Shown: positions 18,196 through 27,749 of the stretch, one piece after another
How positions within the stretch are numbered: position 1 is the first letter of the stretch
Layout: the number at the start of each line of letters is the position of its first letter
Virus record (IMG/VR): IMGVR_UViG_3300026521_000471
Span: 160,468-224,467 of that record
Reading direction: 5' to 3' (one strand)
DNA length: 64,000 nucleotides
Program-made: the position numbers and the translations under genes
Notes under the pieces: generated by a model
Databases searched by the model: none
The model's input: only the letters and a program-made list of their open reading frames with translations
Told to the model about the DNA's origin: nothing

Positions 18196-19347
18196 ATGCG
18201 AGTTGATAATATCTTAATAAAAACAGAGTATGGAGATATAGAAATCTCAGGAAGAGTAGATAGCGGTGAATTTATTCCAGATGATTTAGATATTTCAACG
18301 GAATTAGGTGAATTTTTAGGAAAATGGATTGAAGCTGGAAATTTATTTTTTTCAGATAATGAAATTGATATGGTCGGTCAAGATATTGATGATGATTTAA
18401 TCGATGAATTAAAAAATTTCGTTACATTGAGTGATTTTTCAGATCCTATGAGAGCATTAGCTTTACATCAACATACAGGATACGATTTTACAAATATTGA
18501 TGAAGATAGAAACCCATACACATTTACATCTGGAAGAGAAGAATATATGGTTTTGACCGATGATGAAGCTGATGAAATGGCTAAAGAACGGGTTGAAAAT
18601 TTATTAGATGATGTAGGATTTGATGGATTTAGTGATTGGGCTAAAGATCATGCATTAGATAATTTTATTGATACTGATTGGTTTGACGATGCAAAAATTG
18701 AAATGAGTATGAGCTATGCTGAAGATATTAAACACGAGGGTGCAAATTCGGATGAATACATTAATAGACTACATGAAGAAATGGTAGAATTAGGTGTTCT
18801 TTTTGAACCGGAATGGCCTGAAGAACCAGATGAATCAGATTATACCTATGAAAGAGAGGAATTTGATAGTTCAGATTTTTATGATAATGAACCAGTAGAA
18901 GATGATTATGAAACTGAAGAAGAATGGGAAGAAGCACATAGTAAATGGGAAGATGATTTATCAAATGCTGAAAAAGAATGGGAAGAAGAACAAGACCGTT
19001 TAGAAGAAGAAGCTCAAGAAGAATATGACGATGCGATTGAAGCTTGGGAACGTGAAAAAGAAGAATATGAATCAGATTTAGAAAATGATATAGATAATAA
19101 TATTGAAGAGTTTGCTGAAAAACGTGTAGAAGATGAAGACGGCATCGAATATTGGAAAAATAATATTGGTGATATTTCCGATGTAGTAAAAGAACAAGGT
19201 TTATTAGACGAAGACGCTTTTATAGAATGGATTGTTGAAACTGATGGTAGAGGTACTAATATTGCAACTTATGATGAGGCGGAGTACGAAGAAACTGTAA
19301 CCTTAAATGGTGAAACTGAAGATTTTTATATTTACAGAACCGAATAA
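18196..19347 (+). CDS. extremely acidic protein, function unknown
   Basis: D/E-dominated 383-aa ORF. Confidence 0.7.
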   Translation: MRVDNILIKTEYGDIEISGRVDSGEFIPDDLDISTELGEFLGKWIEAGNLFFSDNEIDMVGQDIDDDLIDELKNFVTLSDFSDPMRALALHQHTGYDFTNIDEDRNPYTFTSGREEYMVLTDDEADEMAKERVENLLDDVGFDGFSDWAKDHALDNFIDTDWFDDAKIEMSMSYAEDIKHEGANSDEYINRLHEEMVELGVLFEPEWPEEPDESDYTYEREEFDSSDFYDNEPVEDDYETEEEWEEAHSKWEDDLSNAEKEWEEEQDRLEEEAQEEYDDAIEAWEREKEEYESDLENDIDNNIEEFAEKRVEDEDGIEYWKNNIGDISDVVKEQGLLDEDAFIEWIVETDGRGTNIATYDEAEYEETVTLNGETEDFYIYRTE

Positions 19348-19417
19348 ATTACCACTTTATATTTTTTTAAGACTCTTTTAGATATAATTATTATATATTA
19401 AATAAAGGGGTCTTAAA

Positions 19418-20821
19418 ATGGCTTTATTAACTTACGATGAAGTATTAGAAATCACAAAAATAAATGAAACTTTTAAAATGAAACACCAAAAAATAGGTAA
19501 CACAGAAATTGCAATGTGTACTTATTTTTTAGCAAATGCAGGTGATTTTTTTGATGCAAAATTAGATGGCTCTATGGTTAGAGCCACAGAATTAAGAGGT
19601 ATAACATTTGTAAAAGCTCCAAATTCAGACTGGAAAACATATTTGTTTATCGATAAATTTTTTAATATCGGTCAAACAAATGGAACTAATATAACAAATA
19701 TGGAACTTTCTATCAATGACTCAACTGAAATTTGTAATATTAATAAACTTTTTATCGATGAAAATGAGAAAACATATCGTGCAATAGATTTAAAGTTAAA
19801 TATGATTGTTGCTGAATTTGATAGAAATACTGAAACTCATGGGGATTTTTTTCAAATTTTATCACTAGATAAAAAAGTTTTACCTACATTGAAACCTGAA
19901 AATTCTTGGATGTATGAGGATGTAAAAGATTTAGAAATTGTAAGAATTGCAAATAAAGAAGATGGATCCGCAATAAGATTTCTTTTAATTGAAGGAAAAT
20001 TAGTGGCTAAAACAAAATTTTCTTTTGAATCAGAACAATGCAAATTAGCTATGGAAATAGTTGAAAAAGATCCTAAACTTAAAGCATTTATTTTAACAAC
20101 TTTAGAGTTTGGATATGCAGCAATTTTTGAAATAGTTTCACCATTTAATAAAATCGTTTTAACATATCCAGAAACATCTCTTAGATTGTTGCAACTAAGA
20201 GATGAAAATAATGATGGGTTATATCTAAATATATATGATAATACATTAGTAAAAGCATTTAATATCTTGACTGCCAATCAAGAACCTTTATACACACTTG
20301 ATGAGTTACTTAAATTAAAAGAAACCGTTGAAGATAAAGAAGGTTGGGTAATTACATTTGAAAATGGAAAAATGGCAAAGGTAAAAACTGATTGGTATAT
20401 GTCACTTCATGGTATTTTAACTGATGGGTTAAAAGAACATAAAATAATTGAAAAGGTTTTAGACGAAACGATTGATGATACTATAGCAATGATACCAGAA
20501 GAAAATATTGAAGAACGAGATTTTATTGATGGTATCTCTGAAATTATAATTAATCATGTAAATCATTTAGTGTCAGATGCAGAAGCTAAATTTAAAAATT
20601 CATGGAATGGAAATAAAAAAGAGTTAGCACTAAAATTTAAGGATGATAAACGTGCTTTTCCATATATAATGAGTTTTGCAAATGGAAAAAATATTGAAGA
20701 AATTGAAAAACAAGTTATAGATAGAGTTAAATTTGAATGTAGACGTTTAGAAATGGCTAAACAATACCTTAAAAATTTAGGTTTTGACAAAGAACTCGAA
20801 ATAAAAATTGAGGATGATTAA
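19418..20821 (+). CDS. T4 Rnl1-type RNA ligase
   Basis: ELRGITF, KFFN, motif I KEDGS, FEIVSPFNKIV, EGWV, KVKTDWY. Confidence 0.9.
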   Translation: MALLTYDEVLEITKINETFKMKHQKIGNTEIAMCTYFLANAGDFFDAKLDGSMVRATELRGITFVKAPNSDWKTYLFIDKFFNIGQTNGTNITNMELSINDSTEICNINKLFIDENEKTYRAIDLKLNMIVAEFDRNTETHGDFFQILSLDKKVLPTLKPENSWMYEDVKDLEIVRIANKEDGSAIRFLLIEGKLVAKTKFSFESEQCKLAMEIVEKDPKLKAFILTTLEFGYAAIFEIVSPFNKIVLTYPETSLRLLQLRDENNDGLYLNIYDNTLVKAFNILTANQEPLYTLDELLKLKETVEDKEGWVITFENGKMAKVKTDWYMSLHGILTDGLKEHKIIEKVLDETIDDTIAMIPEENIEERDFIDGISEIIINHVNHLVSDAEAKFKNSWNGNKKELALKFKDDKRAFPYIMSFANGKNIEEIEKQVIDRVKFECRRLEMAKQYLKNLGFDKELEIKIEDD

Positions 20822-20823
20822 TC

Positions 20824-20991
20824 ATGAAATACGGTTTTAGTTTATTTGAATTAATTATTGTAGTTGTAATATTGGGAATTCTAGCAGCAGTTGCTATTCC
20901 TAGATTATCAAATTCTTCATCAAATAATGATAAAATTTCATACAAAAAAATAATTTTTACTAATGGTGATGGTGGATCCGCCGAGAATTGA
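20824..20991 (+). CDS. 55-aa type IV prepilin-like peptide (not in ORF track)
   Basis: MKYG|FSLFELIIVVVILGILAAVAIP N-methylation motif; GAGG RBS at end of ligase gene. Confidence 0.75.
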   Translation: MKYGFSLFELIIVVVILGILAAVAIPRLSNSSSNNDKISYKKIIFTNGDGGSAEN

Positions 20992-21351
20992 ACTCGGGTC
21001 TGCCACTACTTCCATTTAAATCTCATTTACAAGTTTAGTTTGATTTTTAATACTTTAATACTTAGATAACCAAACAAATCGGTATTAAAGGCACTTGATA
21101 TAATTTTCGTCTAAAGGTATCAAGTTTAACTTTAGCTTATCTATTTTTTATTATACACTCTGTATTTATTAGTAAATAGACAACTAATAAACTGAGTGAT
21201 TCCGGGCTCCCAGAGGGAGGATTAAGCAGCTACTCTCGCAGTCTGTGGAATATAAAGTTTTGTGTTTGCATTTAAGCTTTTTTGATGATTAAGTCATCAC
21301 TCTACTTGCAATTTAAATTTCTTATAGCAACATCGATCCCAATTCGGACCC
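20970..21351 (-). ncRNA. ssrA: tmRNA, 382 nt, tag (A)ANTKLYIPQTARVAA*
   Basis: 5' GGGUCCG pairs with 3' CGGAUCC-ACCA with G3.U wobble; T-arm CCGAG-UUCAAUU-CUCGG; tag ORF 21269-21222 ends AA-stop. Confidence 0.96.
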
Positions 21352-21358
21352 ATAAAAA

Positions 21359-21389
21359 ATATCAGTATATAGAAATTATATACTGATAT
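21359..21389. terminator. hairpin just upstream of tmRNA 5' end
   Basis: atatcagtatat / atatactgatat stem followed by T6 on the minus strand. Confidence 0.5.
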
Positions 21390-21669
21390 GATAATATCCT
21401 TTATTTTATACCCAAGGTAACAAAGAACCCTTTACATAAAAAAACACATACGATATTAATTTATCTTTTTACTTGTAAGTAAATTAGAGCGTTATCAATT
21501 AAGATAAATACGTTCCATAAGAGTTATTTTCTCTAGGTCAATCTCTAAGATAAAATTTTAAAGAGTAATTTAAATCTCTTATATATTTATTTTACAATTT
21601 TTAATTTAATTATAAGGTATTTTTTGATATAATATATTACAAATTTTAAATAATTAAGGAGATTGTCCT

Positions 21670-23169
21670 ATGGCAAAATTTAACCAAGGTACTAAAAGTA
21701 TCCCAAATAGTAAAAATATGGCTGGAGGGGTATCATATGATCGCCCAATAAAAAAAGAGGTTGCGACTGTTGTTTTAAACTCTATGCTTAATGGTGATTC
21801 ATATTATGAAAAAGAAGGTGAACGTTTAAAACGAATTGAAACTCTTATCACTACATCAAAGTCTGATGCTGAGTTTGTAGCAAAAGCTATGGTGTTTACT
21901 AGAACAAATGGTCGTCTTAGAAGTATTTCACATTTCATGGCAAATATTTTAGCAGAAAATGTAAAAGGTAGTGACTTTTTACGTTCAGCATTAACAAAAG
22001 CTATTGTAAGACCGGATGATATGACAGAAATGTTATCACTTTGGGATACAAGAAATCCAAATAAAATGGTTCCGAATTCACTTAGAAGAGCCTTTAAGAA
22101 AGCTTTGGAAACTAAATTTGATGAATATCAATTTCGTAAATATGCTCAACCAAAATCAAAAGTGAAACTAAAAGATGTCGTTAAACTAGCACATCCTTCA
22201 CCTAAGAATTTTGATGATGAAACTATTTTTAAAAGAGTTATCGAAGATCAATTAAAGGCTGTTGAAACAGCACAAACTATCAATGCATCTAAAACTGGTG
22301 AAGATCGAGTTGAAGCATATATGAAAGAAATTAAATCTGGTAAAATGGGTTATATGGCAGCATTAAAAAATATTAGAACATTGATGGAAAATAATATTTC
22401 AGAAGATGACTTAAAACAATGGTCTAATTTTATAACTGATCCTAAAAGGGTACAAAAATCAATGGTACTTCCATTTAGATTTGTTGATGCATGGAATGCT
22501 GTAAAAGATTTACCTATTAATGAATTTAAGAAAAATATTGTTAAGAAAGCACTTGAGAGAGCTTTTGCCCTATCAGCTGGAAATACAAATATTGCTTCTG
22601 ATGATGAAAAAGTGGCTATTTTACTTGATGAATCAGGTTCTATGGGCGGATATTCAAATAATGACCGTAAAACACCATTTTATATTGGTAAAGTATTATC
22701 AGCTGCGATGAAAGTAGGTATGGATGATGATAAGTGTCTGTTTTATACTTGGGCAGATACATGTACAAGAAGAGATATAAAAGGTTTGTCATCTTTTGAT
22801 TTTATCAATAATTTAAATACTAGAGGTGGAGGTACTGATGTATCAGCTCCTTTAAAAGAGTTAATTAAAACAAAAACATTTGTTGATAAAATTATAATCT
22901 TTAGTGATATGCAGATGTATGGTGGATGGGGAAATATTGGAGATCAACTCAAAAATTATTTAAAAACATATCGTAAAGAAGTCAATCCAAATGTAAAAGT
23001 ATTATTTTGGAATTTAGAAGGATATGGTGGTGGTTCACCATTAGATATTGAAAAAACATCTGATATTTTTGAAGTAGCTGGTTTTTCAGATAGCATGCTT
23101 CAAATTATACCTAAATTATGGAGTGATAAAGATTTTTTAATTAAAGAGATTGAAGCTATATCACTTTAA
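21670..23169 (+). CDS. TROVE + vWA protein (Ro60/Rsr family)
   Basis: NMAGG.SY, RPDDMTE, EYQFRKY, LKDVVKLAHP, MAALKNIR, LPFRF; vWA LDESGSM, GGGTD, IFSDMQ. Confidence 0.92.
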   Translation: MAKFNQGTKSIPNSKNMAGGVSYDRPIKKEVATVVLNSMLNGDSYYEKEGERLKRIETLITTSKSDAEFVAKAMVFTRTNGRLRSISHFMANILAENVKGSDFLRSALTKAIVRPDDMTEMLSLWDTRNPNKMVPNSLRRAFKKALETKFDEYQFRKYAQPKSKVKLKDVVKLAHPSPKNFDDETIFKRVIEDQLKAVETAQTINASKTGEDRVEAYMKEIKSGKMGYMAALKNIRTLMENNISEDDLKQWSNFITDPKRVQKSMVLPFRFVDAWNAVKDLPINEFKKNIVKKALERAFALSAGNTNIASDDEKVAILLDESGSMGGYSNNDRKTPFYIGKVLSAAMKVGMDDDKCLFYTWADTCTRRDIKGLSSFDFINNLNTRGGGTDVSAPLKELIKTKTFVDKIIIFSDMQMYGGWGNIGDQLKNYLKTYRKEVNPNVKVLFWNLEGYGGGSPLDIEKTSDIFEVAGFSDSMLQIIPKLWSDKDFLIKEIEAISL

Positions 23170-23193
23170 TATTAGATAGGGAAACCTATCTAA
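23170..23193. terminator. bidirectional terminator hairpin
   Basis: ttagatagg-gaaa-cctatctaa between convergent genes. Confidence 0.7.
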
Positions 23194-24020
23194 TCAATGG
23201 GTGACAAATCAACTAATTCTTGATTTCCTTCTTCATCAATTTCAATCTCAAATTCTCTACCTTCTAAATTTTCTTTAGCATACTCATCACTATAATAATA
23301 GTCCCACGAAGTTTGTAAAGAGTTTTGTAATGTATCATAATGTTCTTCTAAAAGATTATTAACTTCTTCAACATAAAGCTCTATTTCATTTTCTATTTGA
23401 CTTTCTATTTCAGCTCGTATTTCAGAAGTTAAATCATAAAATTCATTCAAATCCATATTATAAACATCTTGAAAAAACATTTTTGATGCTTTAATGCCAT
23501 CTTTAATACTATTCAATGAGTCTTTATATTCCGGTTCATAACCTAATTCATTTAACCATTTTTCAATTGACTGTTCAACTTCAAAAACTATTTCGATTTG
23601 TTCTCCATCCTCTAATGGATCTAAAAAAATCCTTGATTCGATTTCACTATCTATAACATCAGTATCGATATAATAATCTTCAGTTTCTAATTCATAATTT
23701 TGAAAACTATATGGAAGATCATAAACAAATGATTCTTTTTCAAATTCATCCAAACGAGATGACTTAATTTCTTTAATAGATTTATGACCATCATCGATTG
23801 TACCTCTATATTCTAATTCATTTCTATAAAGGTCGAATGTAAAACTATCTTCATCTATATCTATCCCAAATTCAGTTTTCATAGTATTGACAAAATCATC
23901 AAAAATCCACTCATACCAATCTTCAGGAACTAAAAATTCATCTTCCTGAAAATTAACAATTATTTCTTCTTTTAATTTTTGAGGTAAATCCTCAAATTTT
24001 ACAATTTCAGTTTTAAACAT
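23190..24020 (-). CDS. extremely acidic protein, late promoter
   Basis: D/E-rich; TATAAATA at 24050-24057 (-); GGAG RBS. Confidence 0.7.
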   Translation of the reverse strand: MFKTEIVKFEDLPQKLKEEIIVNFQEDEFLVPEDWYEWIFDDFVNTMKTEFGIDIDEDSFTFDLYRNELEYRGTIDDGHKSIKEIKSSRLDEFEKESFVYDLPYSFQNYELETEDYYIDTDVIDSEIESRIFLDPLEDGEQIEIVFEVEQSIEKWLNELGYEPEYKDSLNSIKDGIKASKMFFQDVYNMDLNEFYDLTSEIRAEIESQIENEIELYVEEVNNLLEEHYDTLQNSLQTSWDYYYSDEYAKENLEGREFEIEIDEEGNQELVDLSPID

Positions 24021-24065
24021 AATATCTCCAATTAAGTTTTTATTATGTTTATTTATACCTTATTT

Positions 24066-24341
24066 CTAATCATTACGGATGATACCAAATATTTCATCCA
24101 TTTCAATAATTAATAATTTTTCTTTATCTAATTCAATTTCAGTACCAGAAAATTTTCCAAAAACAACTGTCGTACCAATATCTACACCGAAATCTTCTTT
24201 AGTATCATCGTTACATGCTACAATTTTTCCAAAAGATGGAGTTTCTTTTGATGAATCAGGTATAATAATACCACTTGCTGTTGTTTTCTGAGCTTCCTCT
24301 ACTTTTACCGCTACTCTAGTTCCTAATGGTTCAAAATTCAT
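24066..24341 (-). CDS. groES: co-chaperonin GroES
   Basis: PLGTRVAV, KTTASGIIIPDS, FGKFSGTE. Confidence 0.92.
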   Translation of the reverse strand: MNFEPLGTRVAVKVEEAQKTTASGIIIPDSSKETPSFGKIVACNDDTKEDFGVDIGTTVVFGKFSGTEIELDKEKLLIIEMDEIFGIIRND

Positions 24342-24365
24342 TTTAATTCCTTATTTTTTATTTTA

Positions 24366-24656
24366 TTATACAAATTTTTCAGGGTATTTTTCTAACATTT
24401 TAGTAAACATTTTATGAAGATCATTAATATTTACTTTAAACTGCTCTTCTATAACCTTATTAATACTTAATATAGTTTTTAACATGGCTTCATCTTCTGA
24501 TTTTTCTAATAAATGTTTAGATTTTCTTTTTGTATTTCCTCGACCAACATCAATAATACAAAACTTATTTGTAATCCTTAAAATTTTTCCAGTAGAAATT
24601 TTTCCAGACCACTCATCTTGATACCAAACTTGCATACCTATTTCAAAATCTTTCAT
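24366..24656 (-). CDS. hypothetical protein (C-terminal YPEKFV)
   Basis: AAGG RBS; SH3-like N-terminus. Confidence 0.6.
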   Translation of the reverse strand: MKDFEIGMQVWYQDEWSGKISTGKILRITNKFCIIDVGRGNTKRKSKHLLEKSEDEAMLKTILSINKVIEEQFKVNINDLHKMFTKMLEKYPEKFV

Positions 24657-24693
24657 TTAAAACCTTATTAAAAAACTTATATTATATATATTA

Positions 24694-25767
24694 TTATACA
24701 ATGAATGTAGCAATAAATGCCCATATCAATAATAAAATCTGCCAACCAATTATAGCTTCAAAATAACGACGTATTGGAGTACCAAAATACCCACTACCAA
24801 TAGATAAACATTTATGCATCGGTGATATATTATAGGCAAAAAATTCAAGAACTAAAAACCATACTAAATATTGTACACCATAAATGGTTGTTAATAATGC
24901 TACAATTCCTGCAAACTTTCCACTACTACCCATTAACCAGCTCGAAATAAATGCGAAGCTACTTATCGCTATTAATCCAGACATAGTACTAATATCAAAT
25001 ATATTTTTATGACTATTAATAAATTCTATAATTTCTGTATTGTGACTTTTAAAAAATACTGATAACATTAGAATTACACTCAATAATAAAACTAACCACC
25101 AGTTTACATACCCAAATAACTCTTTAATATTATATGATTTTGTTAGTATGATATAATAAATTGTAAGAATACCAAATATTATGGCTCCATTAAAACCGAA
25201 TGCTAATAATCCAACACCTACAATCAAAGGTATTGCACCAGTTATGAAACGTTTAATATCATATTTATCAAAAATTGACGCATCTAATATTATATCACTT
25301 TCGTCAAATTTCCAAAATATATACCATACGATATATAAGAAAGTGATTAAAATTAATGGCCACACATACCCTATAAATGCTCCCCAACTTAATCCTAAAG
25401 CTGCCATCGGTAAAATTACTGTTTTCTCTAAAGGAGACCATAGATAATAATGATGTGTTGATAAATAATCTATAATACCAAATTTAGATCTAGATTTCCT
25501 ACATTTTCTTTCGCCTTGATTACAATTATCCTTACTGCAACATGGGGCTAAATTTGATAATATACCTGCAGAAACAGTCACTCTACCAGGTATCGGCAAT
25601 ATACCACCGATAAATGATATTAAAGCAATTACACCCCTTTTACTTGGAATTTTTTCAGATATATACTTAAATACATCCACCATCAAATTATGTGTTTTCA
25701 TAATTCCTGAACTTATCATTACACCGATAAGAAAAATTAAATATGTTTGTACTAATAAATATGACAT
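24694..25767 (-). CDS. multi-pass membrane protein, possible ion-transporter superfamily permease
   Basis: About 10 hydrophobic segments, GGILPIPGR, Cys-rich loop. Confidence 0.6.
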   Translation of the reverse strand: MSYLLVQTYLIFLIGVMISSGIMKTHNLMVDVFKYISEKIPSKRGVIALISFIGGILPIPGRVTVSAGILSNLAPCCSKDNCNQGERKCRKSRSKFGIIDYLSTHHYYLWSPLEKTVILPMAALGLSWGAFIGYVWPLILITFLYIVWYIFWKFDESDIILDASIFDKYDIKRFITGAIPLIVGVGLLAFGFNGAIIFGILTIYYIILTKSYNIKELFGYVNWWLVLLLSVILMLSVFFKSHNTEIIEFINSHKNIFDISTMSGLIAISSFAFISSWLMGSSGKFAGIVALLTTIYGVQYLVWFLVLEFFAYNISPMHKCLSIGSGYFGTPIRRYFEAIIGWQILLLIWAFIATFIV

Positions 25768-25801
25768 ATTTCCTCCTTTTGTATTAAGTATTTTACAAAT
25801 T

Positions 25802-26068
25802 ATGATATTTTATATAATAAATATACTTAAAATTAAGGAAAATTTAATGTATTTTGCAATAATTAATGAGAAAAATGAATATCTAAAAGTAGAATTTGTC
25901 GATAATATATTTTGTTTAAATAATAAAGGGGTGGTCTTTACTAGTAGTTCATTAGAAGTAATAAAAAAAGTATTGGATGGGGGTGAGGGTACATTAGAAA
26001 TACCCTCAAATAGTTTTAAAAATCTTAAAGCTGTACAATTAGCAATTAATATAACAGCCGAGTATTAG
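25802..26068 (+). CDS. hypothetical protein
   Basis: Likely start at ATG ~25847 after AAGGA. Confidence 0.45.
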   Translation: MIFYIINILKIKENLMYFAIINEKNEYLKVEFVDNIFCLNNKGVVFTSSSLEVIKKVLDGGEGTLEIPSNSFKNLKAVQLAINITAEY

Positions 26069-27105
26069 AATTCATCCCAACCATCAACAGCAGAAGATTG
26101 ATTATATGATGTTACAGTAGATTCAAAGAAATTACCTTTAACATCACCATCACCTTCTGTATCGGCAATTTTTTCTAAATGCCCATAAGGATTTTTTTGA
26201 TATTTTTCATCTAAATAAAGTTTTGGGGCACCAATAGCTTCTAATCGTTTATTTGCCATCCATTTTGTGTATCTATCTGTACTTTCTTCACTTATTCCCA
26301 AAATATCATTTCCAATAATATGGTTAGTCCATTGAATTTCTTGATTTGTTGCAATTTCAGTCATTTCTAAAATTATACCAACATTATACATATCTGGAAA
26401 TTCTTGCTTTATAGCATATATAATATTTTCAAATAATACACAATGCGTTAATTCATCACGATTAATATAACGAATTACATCCGATGATCCGGGCATTAAG
26501 TTTCTACTAGCTAAATTATAAAAAAAGTTAAAACCATTATAAAAATAAAGCCCTTCTAATAAGTAATTAGCAATAAGAACTCTAAAATAATTTTCATCAG
26601 AAGGATCATCGATAAATTTTTGATAAATTTCAGCGATATATTTATTTCTTGTTAATAACACATCATCGCTTCTCCAAAAATCATAAATTTTTTCTCTCTT
26701 ATTTTTAGGTATTACTGTTTCTATTGTATATGCATATGATTGTGAATGGATTGCTTCTTGATATGTTTGTATGCTCAATACCAATCCAACTTCGGGAGCA
26801 GTTATCATATCACTAATATTTGGTAAATTATTTACTTGAATACTATCCAAAAAAACTAAGAATGATAAAATACCATCATATGCTTTTTGTTCAGCTTTAG
26901 TAAGCTTCTTATAATCATTTGAATCAATACTCAAATCAACTTTTTCTGGAATCCAAAAATTAGCCATCATACTTCTATAAAGTTTATTCGCCCAAGTATA
27001 TTTAACATCATTTAAATTAAATAAATTAGTTGGATCCCCTTTAATAATTGTTCTACTTTGAATACTATCATCACCTAATGGATTAAATAATTTTTTCTTT
27101 TCCAT
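26065..27105 (-). CDS. nrdB: ribonucleotide reductase class I beta subunit
   Basis: NFWIPEKV, FLDSIQ, QEAIHSQSY, LEGLYFYNGF, INRDELTH, NFFES. Confidence 0.95.
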   Translation of the reverse strand: MEKKKLFNPLGDDSIQSRTIIKGDPTNLFNLNDVKYTWANKLYRSMMANFWIPEKVDLSIDSNDYKKLTKAEQKAYDGILSFLVFLDSIQVNNLPNISDMITAPEVGLVLSIQTYQEAIHSQSYAYTIETVIPKNKREKIYDFWRSDDVLLTRNKYIAEIYQKFIDDPSDENYFRVLIANYLLEGLYFYNGFNFFYNLASRNLMPGSSDVIRYINRDELTHCVLFENIIYAIKQEFPDMYNVGIILEMTEIATNQEIQWTNHIIGNDILGISEESTDRYTKWMANKRLEAIGAPKLYLDEKYQKNPYGHLEKIADTEGDGDVKGNFFESTVTSYNQSSAVDGWDEF

Positions 27106-27198
27106 TTATTATCCTTCTGTTATTATTTTAATATTATTTTACATTTTTTCAATAATCTATTCAAAACTACTATAAATACTTTTAAAATAGGAGATAAT

Positions 27199-27702
27199 AT
27201 GAAAATAATAGATGAAATAGTTAAAAAACTTAATCCAGGTGGTATTAGTTATTATGCTGATAGGAATAATACTTATGACCAAAAGACTATTACTGATACA
27301 ACAGCTGAATTTGATAAATTTATTAAAAATGAAAAAAATTGGGGAGAATTAATTAGTGCTATATATAGTACACACTCTGATTTTAAATCGGGTAAATATG
27401 CTGTAGCACCGTCAAAGCAGAAAGGTGTATTTACTGTGATTAATACAAAAAATCCAAAAGAACCAGCTTTTGATGTTAAAGTTGAGGTTGTTAAAAATAC
27501 ATTAGTTATTAATAATCTTAAATCCAAATCTAAAGATACAAAAATAGAATTAGGTACTATGGTTGAATCTACTCAACCAACAACAACACCTCAAGAATTT
27601 GTAGATAATATTATAGAAAATCTTAATAAAAATAAAAATTCTTTTAAATCTCCAAAAGCAGTTGTTGATTATTTAAAAAAAATAATTTCAGATTACAAAT
27701 AA
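27199..27702 (+). CDS. hypothetical protein, late promoter
   Basis: TATAAATA 27171-27178; AGGAG RBS. Confidence 0.65.
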   Translation: MKIIDEIVKKLNPGGISYYADRNNTYDQKTITDTTAEFDKFIKNEKNWGELISAIYSTHSDFKSGKYAVAPSKQKGVFTVINTKNPKEPAFDVKVEVVKNTLVINNLKSKSKDTKIELGTMVESTQPTTTPQEFVDNIIENLNKNKNSFKSPKAVVDYLKKIISDYK

Positions 27703-27749
27703 ATTTAAGGTATTTTCTGATATAACTTTAAAAAATAAAGAGAGAAGTA

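Noticed and set aside
20970-21003. tRNA gene
   Set aside because: The T-arm and CCA belong to the tmRNA; the matching 5' strand is 380 nt away with a tag ORF between
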